Assembly (NCBI GenBank): GCA_965203905.1
Contig: CBDBDQ010000005.1
Location: 1,856,001-1,920,000 of the forward strand
Length of the DNA: 64,000 bases
DNA from: Spirochaetia bacterium
GTDB lineage: Bacteria > Spirochaetota > Spirochaetia > SZUA-6 > Bin103
Direction of reading: 5' to 3'
Position 1 is the stretch's first letter; every line of letters begins with the position of its first letter. The notes beneath the pieces were generated by a model. The model was not told the origin of the DNA. It did no database searches and saw only the letters and a list, made by a program, of their open reading frames with translations. Positions 1 through 11,491 of the stretch are shown here, piece by piece. The position numbers and the translations under genes are program-made.

Positions 1-623
1 CCGTTGGCCGTCGCCAGCACCTGCCAGCACCATGCATGCAGGGCATATGGGTCGGTCTTGGCGTTGGTACGCAGGTGGTCATTCTTGCGGTACAGGGCGG
101 CGCGCGCCACCTGCCAGCCGCCGGCGCGGTCGATCAGATCGCGTACCAGGCCCTCCGCCTGCTCCGCCAGGTCGGGGACAGACGGAATCCAGTGGCGCTT
201 GGCCATCTCCTTGAGCGGGAAGCGGCGCCATTGAATGTCGTCGACGGGCTGGTCGGCCATGGTACTCGGCGCTCGGAGCAGCACCTCCGCCGGAATGCCG
301 AGGTGCTGATGCAGCGCCCGCGCCATCGGCATGGTGATCGAGCGTTTGCCGGAGAGCACCTCGGAAACCTTGGCGCGGCTGCCGATGAAGCGGACCAGAT
401 CGCGCGGCGCCAGACCCTGCTGCTCCATCCGGAACTTGATCGCCGCGATGGGGCTGGGATATCCCATCGGCTCATGCTTGCTCTCGTACAGCTCGACCAG
501 GTCGACCAGGACGTCCAGCTCTTCCCCTTCCGGGCTTCCCACCTCGGCATCCATCAACTCGTCGACCCGGGCCAGCGCGGCTGCGTAGCCGGACTCCGTC
601 CGGATTGGCTTGACCTCGGCCAT
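1..623 (-). CDS. higA: HigA-type HTH antitoxin/regulator, long form (probably with a C-terminal ImmA/IrrE-like domain); runs off the window edge
   Basis: Manual translation MAEVKPIRTESGYAAALARVDELMDAEVGSPEGEELDVLVDLVELYE...IKFRMEQQGL..DL...IGSRAKVSEVLSGKRSIT; the frame stays open to position 1; lies directly downstream of higB. Confidence 0.85.
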   Translation of the reverse strand, partial: MAEVKPIRTESGYAAALARVDELMDAEVGSPEGEELDVLVDLVELYESKHEPMGYPSPIAAIKFRMEQQGLAPRDLVRFIGSRAKVSEVLSGKRSITMPMARALHQHLGIPAEVLLRAPSTMADQPVDDIQWRRFPLKEMAKRHWIPSVPDLAEQAEGLVRDLIDRAGGWQVARAALYRKNDHLRTNAKTDPYALHAWCWQVLATAN

Positions 624-624
624 T

Positions 625-945
625 TCATACCTCCTCAGCGTACGGCGCGCGCTGTACGCGCGCCACGTTCACGCCGTCATACTCGGCATGGGTTCCGACG
701 AAACGCACGTAGACGGTGCGGTATCCGTAGTTGATCTTCACCACCAACCGGTAGGCATTGCCCTTGATGTTGAACACCACGCGGTTGCCGGCGACGATGC
801 TGGCGCTCGGGTAGCGCGCCTTGACCTTGGCCGGCATATCCCAATCTGCCTGTTGCGCTTCCCGGAACCAGGCGAGCAACGGTTCTTTTGCGTCCGGATG
901 CCTTTCCCAGAACTCTCGTAGCGTCTTCTTCGCGATGACTCTCAA
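625..945 (-). CDS. higB: HigB family mRNA interferase toxin
   Basis: RVIAKKTLREFWERHPDAKEPLLAW...RVVFNIKGNAYRLVVKINY...VRFVGTHAEYD; TTG start inferred. Confidence 0.9.
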   Translation of the reverse strand: MRVIAKKTLREFWERHPDAKEPLLAWFREAQQADWDMPAKVKARYPSASIVAGNRVVFNIKGNAYRLVVKINYGYRTVYVRFVGTHAEYDGVNVARVQRAPYAEEV

Positions 946-1061
946 TCTACGTTGTTCCCAAAAAACTATCAAGTACCACGATCTCAGAATCACACAGTGA
1001 TTGTCAAATGGACGGGATGTTTGACGGGGGTGCGGTCGCGTCGTTACTCTGAGGGCGCGTC

Positions 1062-2141
1062 ATGAGCAGTTCCGCTACCGCTACCGTTGCTTCCGCACCA
1101 GCGCCGGAGGCCCGACCGGAACCGCTTCAGGTGGGCACCCGGCCGCGCATCCTCACCGGCGACCGGCCCACCGGGCCGCTGCACGTCGGCCACTACGTGG
1201 GCAGCGTCAAGAACCGTATCGAGTTGCAGGACCGGTACGAGTGCTTCTTCATCATCGCCGACGTGCATACCCTCACCACCCGGCCCGAGAAGGCGTTCGT
1301 GGGCGAGCTGGCGGACAACATCCGCGCGGTGGCGATCGACTACCTCGCCACCGGGATCGATCCCGAACGCTCCGTGATGTTCGTGCAGAGCGCGGTGCCG
1401 GAGACCTACGAGCTGAACACCCTGCTGGCGATGCTGACCACGGTGGCGCGGCTGGAGCGGGTGCCGAGCCTCAAGGAGATGGCGCAGGCGGCGCACCTGG
1501 AGGCGATGCCGTTCGGGCTGCTGGGCTACCCGGTGCTGCAGGCGGCCGACATCCTGCTGCCGCGCGCCAACCTGGTGCCGGTGGGCAAGGACAACGAGTC
1601 GCAGGTGGAGGTGAGCCGCGAGCTGGCGCGCCGCTTCAACCGCCTCTACGGGACCGTGTTCCCGGTGCCGGAGGTGCTGATCGGCGAGGTGCCCACCCTG
1701 GTCGGCACCGACGGCCAGGCGAAGATGAGCAAGAGCCTGGACAACACCATCTATCTCGGCGACGACGCCGCCACCGTGGAGCGCAAGGTGCGCGGCATGT
1801 ACACCGATCCGAACCGCGTGCGGGCGGACATCCCCGGCCGGGTGGAGGGCAACCCGGTGTTCATCTATCACGACGCGTTCAACCCCGACCGGGCCGAGGT
1901 GGAGGACCTGAAGAGCCGCTACCGCGCCGGCAAGGTGGGCGACGTGGAGGTGAAGCGCAAGCTGGCGCGCGCGCTCAACGGCTTCCTGGAGCCGATCCGG
2001 GAGCGGCGCGCGGCCCTGGAAGCCAGGCCGGAGACCGTCGCCGAGATCCTGCACGCCGGCAACCAGCGCATGCGGCGCGAGGCACGCGCCACCATGGAGC
2101 TGGTGCGCGAGGCCATGGGCTTCGGCTACCGGGAACGTTGA
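1062..2141 (+). CDS. trpS: Tryptophan--tRNA ligase
   Basis: [13 protein letters not shown] (HIGH motif), [15 protein letters not shown]. Confidence 0.97.
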   Translation: MSSSATATVASAPAPEARPEPLQVGTRPRILTGDRPTGPLHVGHYVGSVKNRIELQDRYECFFIIADVHTLTTRPEKAFVGELADNIRAVAIDYLATGIDPERSVMFVQSAVPETYELNTLLAMLTTVARLERVPSLKEMAQAAHLEAMPFGLLGYPVLQAADILLPRANLVPVGKDNESQVEVSRELARRFNRLYGTVFPVPEVLIGEVPTLVGTDGQAKMSKSLDNTIYLGDDAATVERKVRGMYTDPNRVRADIPGRVEGNPVFIYHDAFNPDRAEVEDLKSRYRAGKVGDVEVKRKLARALNGFLEPIRERRAALEARPETVAEILHAGNQRMRREARATMELVREAMGFGYRER

Positions 2142-2206
2142 CCGCGCCCGGCCCGGCCGGGCCCGGCCGGCCGTTACTCTGAGCAAGGACGGAACGCAAG
2201 CAAGCG

Positions 2207-4081
2207 ATGGCAAAGCACCGTTTCAAGACCGAGGTCAGCCAGTTGCTGGACCTCATCATCCACTCGCTGTACTCGCACCAGGAGATATTCCTGCGCGAGC
2301 TGGTCTCCAACGCCTCCGACGCGCTGGACAAGCTGCGCTACCTGACCCTCACCGACGAGGACTTCAAGGGCGTGCCGTTCACGCCGCGCGTCGATATCTC
2401 CTTCGACTCCGAAAGCGAGCCGAAGACGTTGACGGTGGCCGACAGCGGCATCGGCATGAGCGCCGACGAGCTACGCGACAACCTGGGCACCATCGCGCGC
2501 TCGGGAACCAGGCGCTTCCTCGACGCGATGCAGAAAGACGCCAAGGAGGGCGCCCCCGGCGACGCCAACCTGATCGGCCAGTTCGGAGTGGGGTTCTACT
2601 CCAGCTTCATGGTGGCCGACCGGGTCGAGGTGCTCAGCCTGCGCGCCGGCGAGGACCAGGCGCAGCGCTGGGTGAGCGGCGGCCGCGGCTCCTACGAGAT
2701 CACCCCCGCGGAGCGCACCGGTGCCGGCACCACGGTCACCCTGCAGCTCAACGAGGCGGGCGCCGAGTTCGCCTCGCGCTGGCAGATCGAGTCGCTGGTC
2801 AAGAAGTACTCCAATCACATCCCCTACCCGATCCACCTCCATTACACGGAGACCAAGGACGACAAGACGGAGCCGCGCAGCGAGCAGATCAACGCCGCCT
2901 CGGCGCTGTGGAAGCGGCCCAAGTCGGAGCTGAGCGACAGCGACTACTTCGAGTTCTACCGCTCGCTTTCGCACGACGACGAGGACCCGCTGCACTACGT
3001 GCACACCCACGCCGAGGGCACCCAGGAGTACACCACCCTGTTCTTCGTGCCCAAGAAGGCACCGCCCGACCTGTACTACGCCGACTACCGGCCGGGGGTG
3101 AAGCTGTACGTCAAGCGGGTGTTCATCACCGACGACGACAAGGAGCTGCTGCCCACCTGGCTGCGCTTCGTGCGCGGGGTGATCGACTCCGAGGACCTGC
3201 CGCTCAACGTGAGTCGCGAGCTGCTGCAGAAGAACCGGCTGCTGACCAGCATCCGCAACGCCTCGGTCAAGAAACTGTTGAGCGAGTTTCAGGACCTGAC
3301 CAACAACCCCGAGCGCTATACCAGCTTCGTGACCGAGTTCGGACGGCCCCTCAAGGAGGGGCTGTACCAGGATTTCGCCAACCGCGAGGCGTTGCTGGAA
3401 CTGGTGCGGTTCCGCACCACCGCCCACGACGGCCTGACCAGCCTGAAGGAATACGTGGGCCGGATGCAGTCGGAGCAGAAGGCGATCTACTACATCACCG
3501 GCGAGCGCGGCGCCAACCTGCGCCACTCGCCGCTGCTGGAGATGTACCGCAAGCAGGAGCTCGAAGTGCTGCTGATGGACGACGAGATCGACGCCTTCGT
3601 GATTCCCACCATCGGCAAGTACCAGGAGCACGAGCTGAGGTCGGTCAACCGCAGCGATACCGCGGACGACCTCAAGACCGACGGCTCCCAGGAACGCGCC
3701 AAGCAGATCGAGCCGCTGCTCAAGCGCATCAAGGAGACGCTGGGGGACCAGGTGAAAGAGGTGAAGGCCAGCGCCCGGCTGAGCGACTCGCCAAGCTGCA
3801 TCGTCGCCGACGAGAATGATCCCACGGTATCGATGCAGCACGTGCTGCGGGCCCTGGGCCAGGAGGCGGACCAGTTTCGGCCGGTGCTGGAGATCAATCC
3901 GCAGCACCCCATCGTGGCCAAGCTGGAGGCCCTGGCGGAGGACGGCGCCGAGGACGGTCTGCTGGAGGATGCCAGCCGCCTGCTGCTGGAGCAGGCGTTG
4001 CTCATCGAGGGCGCCCAGCTCGCCGATCCGGTGGCGTTCGCCGCACGCCTCAACCGGTCACTGGAGCGCGCGCTGCCATGA
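2207..4081 (+). CDS. htpG: Molecular chaperone HtpG (Hsp90)
   Basis: [38 protein letters not shown]. Confidence 0.98.
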
Positions 4082-5292
4082 CCCTGGCCGGCGCGCTGCA
4101 GTGGGCGGTGCTGGCGCTCTGCGCCTCGATGCTGCTCACCCACGGCGCGCTCGCGACGGGAGTGCTGCTCGCCCGCCGCCGCGACCGGCGCGCCCGCGCC
4201 GATTCCGCTGCCTCCTCCGGGCACCCGCCGGTGTCGGTGGTGGTGGCGGCGATGAACGAGCAGGAGGCGTTGCCGCGCCTGCTGGACTCCCTGGCCGCGC
4301 AGAGCACCACAGCCTTCGAGCTGGTGCTGGTCGACGACCGTTCCAGCGACGCCACGGCCGCGATCATGGAGCAGCACCGGGCGGCCGCACCCTACCCGGT
4401 GCGGGTGGTGCGCAACCGGCGCCCGCCGGTGGACTGCACCGGCAAGCAGCAGGCGCTGGACCTGGGGGTGGCGGCGGCCGGCGGCGAGCTGCTGTTCTTC
4501 ACCGATGCCGACTGCATCGTGCCGCGCACCTGGGTGGAACGGCTCGCGGCATACTTCGCCGCTGACCGGGAGCGCAGCGTGGGCGTGGTGTTCGGCCAGC
4601 TTGCGGTATGCTCCGCCGCCCCCGAGCGGGGTGGATTCCTGGAACGCTACCAGGCGTTCGAGCAGCCCCTGGTGCATCAGTATTCCACCGGCACCGCGGG
4701 ACTGGGCACGCCCACCGGATGTTTCGGCAACAACCTGGCGCTGCGCGCACCGGTGCTGGCCCGTATCGGAGGGTTCCGCTCGCTGGGCTACACCCTGACC
4801 GAGGATGCGGCCCTGATCGGGGCGGCGAGCCGCGGCGGCTGGGGCGTGCGCGTCGCCACCCTGCCCGCCACCCAGATCACCACCGAGCCGCAACCGAGCT
4901 GGCGCGCATTCATCAACCAGCACGTGCGCTGGAACGCCGGCGCCTTCTACAGCAGCGACCGCGCCGCGGCCTGGGGCTACCGCTACGTGACGCTGTTCCT
5001 GATCCTGAGCGTGGCGGCGGCGCCGTGGGCGCTGCTGGCGCCGTGGCTGGCGGTGCTGCCGTTCACCTCGCTGCTGAGCATCGGCACCCTGGCCACCCTG
5101 GCCGCATTGCTGTATCGCCGGCGCCGGCTGCGCGCGCTGGCGCAGGTGGTGCCCTATACCCTGTTCTTCATGGGGTTCTACGCCTATATCACGGTCCTGG
5201 CGATCGTCGGGGTGCGCACCGATTGGAAGGGGTCGCGGCTGGCGGCCACCCACGCGCCGGCGGCGCCGAACACGGATCCAGGCTCGGGGTAG
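4078..5292 (+). CDS. Family 2 glycosyltransferase, membrane-anchored
   Basis: VSVVVAAMNE, VDDRSSD, TDADC, TED, QHVRW motifs; C-terminal TM helices. Confidence 0.9.
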   Translation: MTLAGALQWAVLALCASMLLTHGALATGVLLARRRDRRARADSAASSGHPPVSVVVAAMNEQEALPRLLDSLAAQSTTAFELVLVDDRSSDATAAIMEQHRAAAPYPVRVVRNRRPPVDCTGKQQALDLGVAAAGGELLFFTDADCIVPRTWVERLAAYFAADRERSVGVVFGQLAVCSAAPERGGFLERYQAFEQPLVHQYSTGTAGLGTPTGCFGNNLALRAPVLARIGGFRSLGYTLTEDAALIGAASRGGWGVRVATLPATQITTEPQPSWRAFINQHVRWNAGAFYSSDRAAAWGYRYVTLFLILSVAAAPWALLAPWLAVLPFTSLLSIGTLATLAALLYRRRRLRALAQVVPYTLFFMGFYAYITVLAIVGVRTDWKGSRLAATHAPAAPNTDPGSG

Positions 5293-6035
5293 TGCGCCGA
5301 AGCCACCCCGTGGCGCCGGAGACCGGACGGACGGCGGCACCCGCGAGCAACCGCATCCTCGTGGTCGAGGACGATGTCGACATCATGGAGCTGATCCGCT
5401 TCAACTGCGAGAAGGAGGGCTTCGTCACCCTGGCGGCCACTTCCGCCGAGGAAGCCCTGCGCTCGGTGGAGCAGGTCTCGCCGGCACTGATCATGGTGGA
5501 CATCATGCTGCCCGGCATCGACGGCCTGGCACTGTGCCGGGTGCTGAAGTCCAACGTCATGACCCGCGGCGTGCCGATCATCATGGTCTCCGCCAAGGGG
5601 GAGGAGGCGGACATCGTGGCCGGCCTGGAACAGGGCGCCGAGGACTACATCACCAAGCCGTTCAGCCCGCGTATCCTGATCGCCCGGCTCAAGGCGGTGT
5701 TGCGGCGCCACGGCGTGGAGGTGCATGACGAGCAGGCCCCGCTTACCGTGGGCGAGCTGACCATCCATCCCGGCAGGCGTGAAGTGAAGTTCGCCGGGCA
5801 GCCGGTGCGCCTCACCGCCACCGAGTTCGCGGTGCTGCACTTTCTCGCCAACCATCCCGGCTGGGTGTTCACCCGCAACCAGTTGGTGGCGGCGGTCCAC
5901 GGCCCCGACTACCCGGTCACCGACCGTTCCATCGACGTACTCATCGCCGGGGTGCGCAAGAAGCTGGGCGCCGGCAATCGGCTCATCGAGACCGTGCGCG
6001 GCGTCGGCTATCGCTTCTCCGACCCCACCCCGTAG
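5292..6035 (+). CDS. OmpR/PhoB-family response regulator
   Basis: ILVVEDD, DIMLPG, KPFS, winged helix ending ETVRGVGY; start uncertain (GTG 5292 or 5310). Confidence 0.92.
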   Translation: MRRSHPVAPETGRTAAPASNRILVVEDDVDIMELIRFNCEKEGFVTLAATSAEEALRSVEQVSPALIMVDIMLPGIDGLALCRVLKSNVMTRGVPIIMVSAKGEEADIVAGLEQGAEDYITKPFSPRILIARLKAVLRRHGVEVHDEQAPLTVGELTIHPGRREVKFAGQPVRLTATEFAVLHFLANHPGWVFTRNQLVAAVHGPDYPVTDRSIDVLIAGVRKKLGAGNRLIETVRGVGYRFSDPTP

Positions 6036-7372
6036 TGTGGCGCTCCGGGAGCGCGGGCGAGGGGCCGCGGATGGCACTGGTCGCCGGCGCCGTGGCGGCG
6101 GTGGCCGCGCTGGGAGTGGTGACCGGAGTGGCCGCGGGGAGCGGCGGCGGCCTGCCGGTCATCGCGGCCGCCGCCGTGCTGCTGGCCGCCGCCGGCGCGG
6201 CGCTGCTGGCGGTCCGGCGTTGCTACGGCCGGCCGGCCGCGCGCAGCGCCCTGATCCTGGCCGAGGCGGCCGGGTCCGGCGGTCAGCCTGACCTGCCGCT
6301 GGAAACGGTGGCGGATGCCGCACAAGCACGGATCAGCCGTCTGGAGCTCGCCGGTCAGCGCCTGAGCGCGGTGATCGGCGCGCTGCCGCAGGGGGTGCTG
6401 GTGTTTGGCCCCGACGGCGCGCTGCTGGAGATCAACCACACGGGGGCGGAGATGATAGGAGCCGCCGCCGGTGCCAGGATGACCCTGAACAGCGGGCTCC
6501 TGCAGCAGCACGGCGTAGCCGCGGTGGCGGAGCCGGCGCTGCACCACGGCGAGCGCGCCGAGGCCGACTGCCGGATTCCCGGCCCCGAAACGCGCTGGCT
6601 GCAGGCCCAGAGTCAGCCGTTTACCAGCTCGGAGGGCGAGCGCGGCGCGCTGGTGGTGCTGCACGACGTGACGCGGCTGCGCCACCTGGAGCAGATGCGG
6701 AGCGATTTCGTGGCCAACGTGTCACACGAGCTGCGCACACCGATCACCTCGATCGCCGGCTTCGTGGAGACCCTGCTCGACAGCGAGATGTACAACGGCG
6801 CGCAGGCGCGGCACTTCCTGGAGATCATCGTCAAGCATTCGAGCCGCCTGGAAGCGATCATCGACGACCTGATGAGCCTGGCGACCATCGAGCTCGGCGA
6901 GGAGCGCCGCAGCATCACCTTCAGCGACACGGCGCTGGCTCCGGTGATCTCGGCCGCGGTGCTGTCGTGCGGCCAGCTCGCCGCGGCGGGCGGGGTCGGG
7001 TTGCAGGAGGAGTGCGATCCCGACCTTACCTGCCGCATGAACGCGCAGCTCGTGGAGCAGGCGGTCACCAACCTGCTCGACAACGCCATCAAGCACAGCG
7101 ACCGCCAGGCCCGGGTCATGGTACGAGCGCGGCGCAACGCGAGCGGCGTGCTGATCGAGGTGACCGACACCGGCATCGGCATCGCGCCGGAGCACCAGCA
7201 GCGCATCTTCGAGCGCTTCTACCGCGTGGACCGCGCCCGCAGCCGGGAGCACGGCGGCACCGGCCTCGGCCTGGCCATAGTCAAGCACATCGCCCAGGCG
7301 CACGCCGGCGACGTGAGCGTGCGCAGCACGGTGCGCCACGGCAGCACCTTTACCCTGCGCCTGCCCGGCTAG
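6035..7372 (+). CDS. PhoR-like sensor histidine kinase
   Basis: DFVANVSHELRTP, NLLDNAIK, DTGIGI, FERFYRVD, GGTGLGL; TM plus PAS N-terminus. Confidence 0.92.
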   Translation: MWRSGSAGEGPRMALVAGAVAAVAALGVVTGVAAGSGGGLPVIAAAAVLLAAAGAALLAVRRCYGRPAARSALILAEAAGSGGQPDLPLETVADAAQARISRLELAGQRLSAVIGALPQGVLVFGPDGALLEINHTGAEMIGAAAGARMTLNSGLLQQHGVAAVAEPALHHGERAEADCRIPGPETRWLQAQSQPFTSSEGERGALVVLHDVTRLRHLEQMRSDFVANVSHELRTPITSIAGFVETLLDSEMYNGAQARHFLEIIVKHSSRLEAIIDDLMSLATIELGEERRSITFSDTALAPVISAAVLSCGQLAAAGGVGLQEECDPDLTCRMNAQLVEQAVTNLLDNAIKHSDRQARVMVRARRNASGVLIEVTDTGIGIAPEHQQRIFERFYRVDRARSREHGGTGLGLAIVKHIAQAHAGDVSVRSTVRHGSTFTLRLPG

Positions 7373-7437
7373 CCTAGGCCCAACCCGGTATTCCTTGCTC
7401 GGTGCGGAGCGGGGCTCTATACTTGAGAAATCTATTC

Positions 7438-8733
<1,296 letters not shown>

Positions 8734-8748
8734 CGCTCGGGCTCAGAC

Positions 8749-9300
8749 TCAGACGGTGGCCGGTGCCGGTTTCGGGCGGTCCAGGTGGATGAGGCTGCCG
8801 ACCGCTTCCGACTGGTGCTGGTACTTGCCGCGGTAGGGACGCTCGGTGCTGCGGTCCAGTTGCGCGAACACGATCTGACAGATGCGCCGCCCGGCGCGCA
8901 GCCGGATCGGCAGCCGGTTGGCGTTGAACAGCTCCAGCGTGAGGGTGCCGTCGAAGCCGGGGTCGACCCAGCCGGCGTTCTGAATGAACAGCCCGAGGCG
9001 CCCGATCGAGCTGCGACCCTCGACGAACGCGGTGATGTTGTCGGGCAGCCTGATCCGCTCGCGGGTGACGGCGAGCAGGAACGAGAGCGGGGGGATCACG
9101 ATCTCCTCGGTGCGCAACTCGACGTAGCGCAGCTCGGTATCCAGGGTGATGCGGTCGACGGCGTTCTCGTCCACCTTGAGGAAATGATCGCCTAACGTGA
9201 GGTCGATGGAGGCGGGCTGCGACTGATCCGGTTCCAGCGGCTCCACCACTACCGCGCCCTCGGCCATGAGCTGGCGCAGGGTCTCGTGGGAGACGATCAC
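8749..9300 (-). CDS. dcd: dCTP deaminase
   Basis: QPASIDL, EGRSSIGRLG, AGWVDPGF, ICQ, YRGKYQ; AGGAGG upstream of GTG. Confidence 0.93.
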   Translation of the reverse strand: MIVSHETLRQLMAEGAVVVEPLEPDQSQPASIDLTLGDHFLKVDENAVDRITLDTELRYVELRTEEIVIPPLSFLLAVTRERIRLPDNITAFVEGRSSIGRLGLFIQNAGWVDPGFDGTLTLELFNANRLPIRLRAGRRICQIVFAQLDRSTERPYRGKYQHQSEAVGSLIHLDRPKPAPATV

Positions 9301-9337
9301 GGCGGTGCGGACCTCCTTGCTGTGCCGGGATACGCGA

Positions 9338-9348
9338 TGGAGGTTAGG
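9338..9348 (-). repeat. Degenerate direct repeat of the tRNA-Ala 3' end (possible att site of block A)
   Basis: tggaggttagg vs tggaggatagg at 27765-27775 (10/11 identical, same orientation). Confidence 0.45.
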
Positions 9349-9384
9349 TCCAAAACTCTGACGTGTCAAACCGACTCTCCACCG

Positions 9385-9530
9385 GGTAGTGCGTTAGTTT
9401 GCTTTCAGTTTTCTACGGAGGCCCGTTTCTGGTAGGTCCGGGCGTACTGGACCGCTGGCGCCCGCTCGTCGATCAGCTCGACCAGCTGCTCCAGGCTCGC
9501 TGGCCGATCCGCCAGGTCGGCCGCATGCCC
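9385..9530 (-). mobile_element. IS1-family-like right-end remnant (terminal repeat plus transposase C-terminus)
   Basis: End ggtagtgcgttagtttg resembles 42924; peptide AADLADRPASLEQLVELIDERAP...YQKR resembles the tails of these transposases. Confidence 0.6.
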
Positions 9531-9639
9531 ACTTGTACCATCGCAGACGTATGTCTGGCAAGTGGCAGCGTGAGATATTTCTATTGGGGGTAATGGGTTG
9601 AGTGCAACCGAGAAATAAGGAACGTCTTCGACTCTGCTC

Positions 9640-9921
9640 TTAACCGGCCTTCTGCTCCAGGTCGGCAACGCGGCGCTCCAGCGCCGTCAAGCGCTCATCC
9701 GTCGTCACCCGCGCCGCCGCTTGCCCTTGTACTACCTCGAAGATTCGATCAACCTTCTCTGGTAGGTCGGCCAGCGCATCTACTTTCTCGGTCAGGACCT
9801 TCTGGCCGGCCTCCAAGCTGCCAACCTTCTCAATCAGAACCTTCTGGCCAGTCTCCAAGCTGCCGAGCCTATCCTCCATACCGCCGAGACGGCGGAGCAC
9901 CTCAGCCTCGAATTCGCTCAT
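9640..9921 (-). CDS. Small coiled-coil protein with a 14-aa internal duplication
   Basis: GSLETGQKVLIEKV/GSLEAGQKVLTEKV; heptad pattern. Confidence 0.7.
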   Translation of the reverse strand: MSEFEAEVLRRLGGMEDRLGSLETGQKVLIEKVGSLEAGQKVLTEKVDALADLPEKVDRIFEVVQGQAAARVTTDERLTALERRVADLEQKAG

Positions 9922-10061
9922 CTCAAACCCCCGATTATCATGTCTTCACCTTGACACATTTGGCCGTTGTTGTCGACACCAATCGGCTGGGGGTGCATTC
10001 CGGTATTGTGGCGCCAGCCGCCAGAGAGCACGCGCGGGATTGGATCGCGGCGAATGCACCC

Positions 10062-11161
10062 CTCGATGATGGCGCGCGCGGCGGGTAGGGCGGCAGGCGG
10101 CTCCTGGCCGGCTACCGGCGGTGCAGCCGCTTCCGGAAGTCGGCCTCGCTGACGCAGGCGGTGGCGGCCGCGACGATGGCGTGGCGGGGCAGTTCGGCGA
10201 AGCCGGGCACGCCGGGGAATCCGGGCGCGAGCACGATGCCGCGCGCCGCCAACAGCGCTCGTGCAAACTCGATGCGTTCTTCCGCGCGGCCTTCCGCGCG
10301 GCTGCGGCGGCGCTGCGCGCCCAGCAGGGGGTCGTCGTCCGGGCCGGTGCCCTCCCGCTCCCCGAGCGCCGCGCCCACCCGCTCCAGTACCGCGCTGGTC
10401 GCCACCGAAAGCGTCTCCTCGTTCAGCGCCGCGTGGATCTCCGCCGCCGTCCAGCCGGGAAACGCCCGGCTCTCCGCCACCTGCCGATACGCCCCATCCT
10501 CCAGCAGGTGGATGGTCAGTCCCGAGCGCCGGCTGCGCGGCCGGCTCGGCGCACCCACATCGGGCACCTCGATCCACACTTCCGGGAACCCCCACGCCTC
10601 GTACTGCGGCAGCTTGCGCCGGCGCGCGTCGGTGCTGTGGTCCACTTCCAGCACCACGTCCGGGAAGTCGTGCTCGCCAACCGTCAGCACCGGACGCGGC
10701 AACCGGGCGCGCGCCGGGTGCAGGTACACCGACTGGTCCGCCTGCATGATGAGGCGCGGCTCGCCGTGCGCGTCGCGCTCGGTGAGGTCGGTGCTGCCGA
10801 AGCACTCCACCGCCCCACCCCGCACCTGGGCGATGCGCTCGGCCAACGCGGTCAAGCCATGCGCGGGGCCTTCGTGCCAGGAGCTGACCGGATCGCAGAT
10901 CCAGGCGGTCTCGGAGACGCTGTCCCAGTATTCCAGCCGGATCTCGCAGTCGTCCAGTTCCTCGCGCGGCAGGCGCACCGGCTTGCAGCCGGGGAAGTCC
11001 GCCGCCGTGGGCGGCTGGACGCCGGGCGCCGGGTCCGCGGGCTGAGCCGTTCCCGGCGCCTCGACCGGCGCCTCGACCTGCGGACCGAGCGGGCGTACCG
11101 AAGCCATGCCGGCACGGTACGGCATTCCACCGGCCCGCTGCAACCGCGCGCTCGATGATGG
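10062..11161. mobile_element. Putative Uma2 gene cassette bounded by the 11-bp direct repeat CTCGATGATGG
   Basis: Repeat at 10062-10072 and 11151-11161; outer arms GAATGCACCC (10052) and GGGTGCATTC (11160); inner arms CGCGCG. Confidence 0.65.
10112..11107 (-). CDS. Uma2 (DUF820) family PD-(D/E)XK endonuclease with an Rpn-like C-terminal tail
   Basis: SSWHE, QADQSVY, PDVVLEVD, KLPQYEAWGFPEVW, SRAFPG; tail RAEGRAEERIEFARALL. Confidence 0.85.
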   Translation of the reverse strand: MASVRPLGPQVEAPVEAPGTAQPADPAPGVQPPTAADFPGCKPVRLPREELDDCEIRLEYWDSVSETAWICDPVSSWHEGPAHGLTALAERIAQVRGGAVECFGSTDLTERDAHGEPRLIMQADQSVYLHPARARLPRPVLTVGEHDFPDVVLEVDHSTDARRRKLPQYEAWGFPEVWIEVPDVGAPSRPRSRRSGLTIHLLEDGAYRQVAESRAFPGWTAAEIHAALNEETLSVATSAVLERVGAALGEREGTGPDDDPLLGAQRRRSRAEGRAEERIEFARALLAARGIVLAPGFPGVPGFAELPRHAIVAAATACVSEADFRKRLHRR

Positions 11162-11462
11162 GTGCATTCAAGTGAGTCACTACCTCCACCACGTCGGGTG
11201 GTCGAAGAGGATGGCCCGGCCGTGGCCGGCGGCGCACCCGGCTATGGAAAGGTGTTCGCAAGTGCGACAGTGGTGCCGCGTTCTGCGCCGACGCCGGTCG
11301 GCGATCGTTACCGTCTTTCCATGCAAGGAGATCCGGCGTTGCACGGGGAGCGCGGCGGGGCCGACTGTTGCGGAGTGCGACAGTTGGCCGATGCCGTTGC
11401 GAACCACTGCATCGTGCGTGAAGTGATGCCCCCGAAATGACTTGCGCTGCGGTTGCGGGTGC

Positions 11463-11479
11463 TTGGCATGGTTCCTGCT
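11463..11479 (+). promoter_or_regulatory. Sigma54 (-24/-12) promoter of the adhesin operon
   Basis: TTGGCATGGTTCCTGCT: GG-N10-GC, close to consensus TGGCAC-N5-TTGC. Confidence 0.7.
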
Positions 11480-11491
11480 TTACAAGTGGCC

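Noticed and set aside
4608-5291. N-terminal extension of the response regulator ORF
   Set aside because: Overlaps the glycosyltransferase out of frame and is low-complexity.
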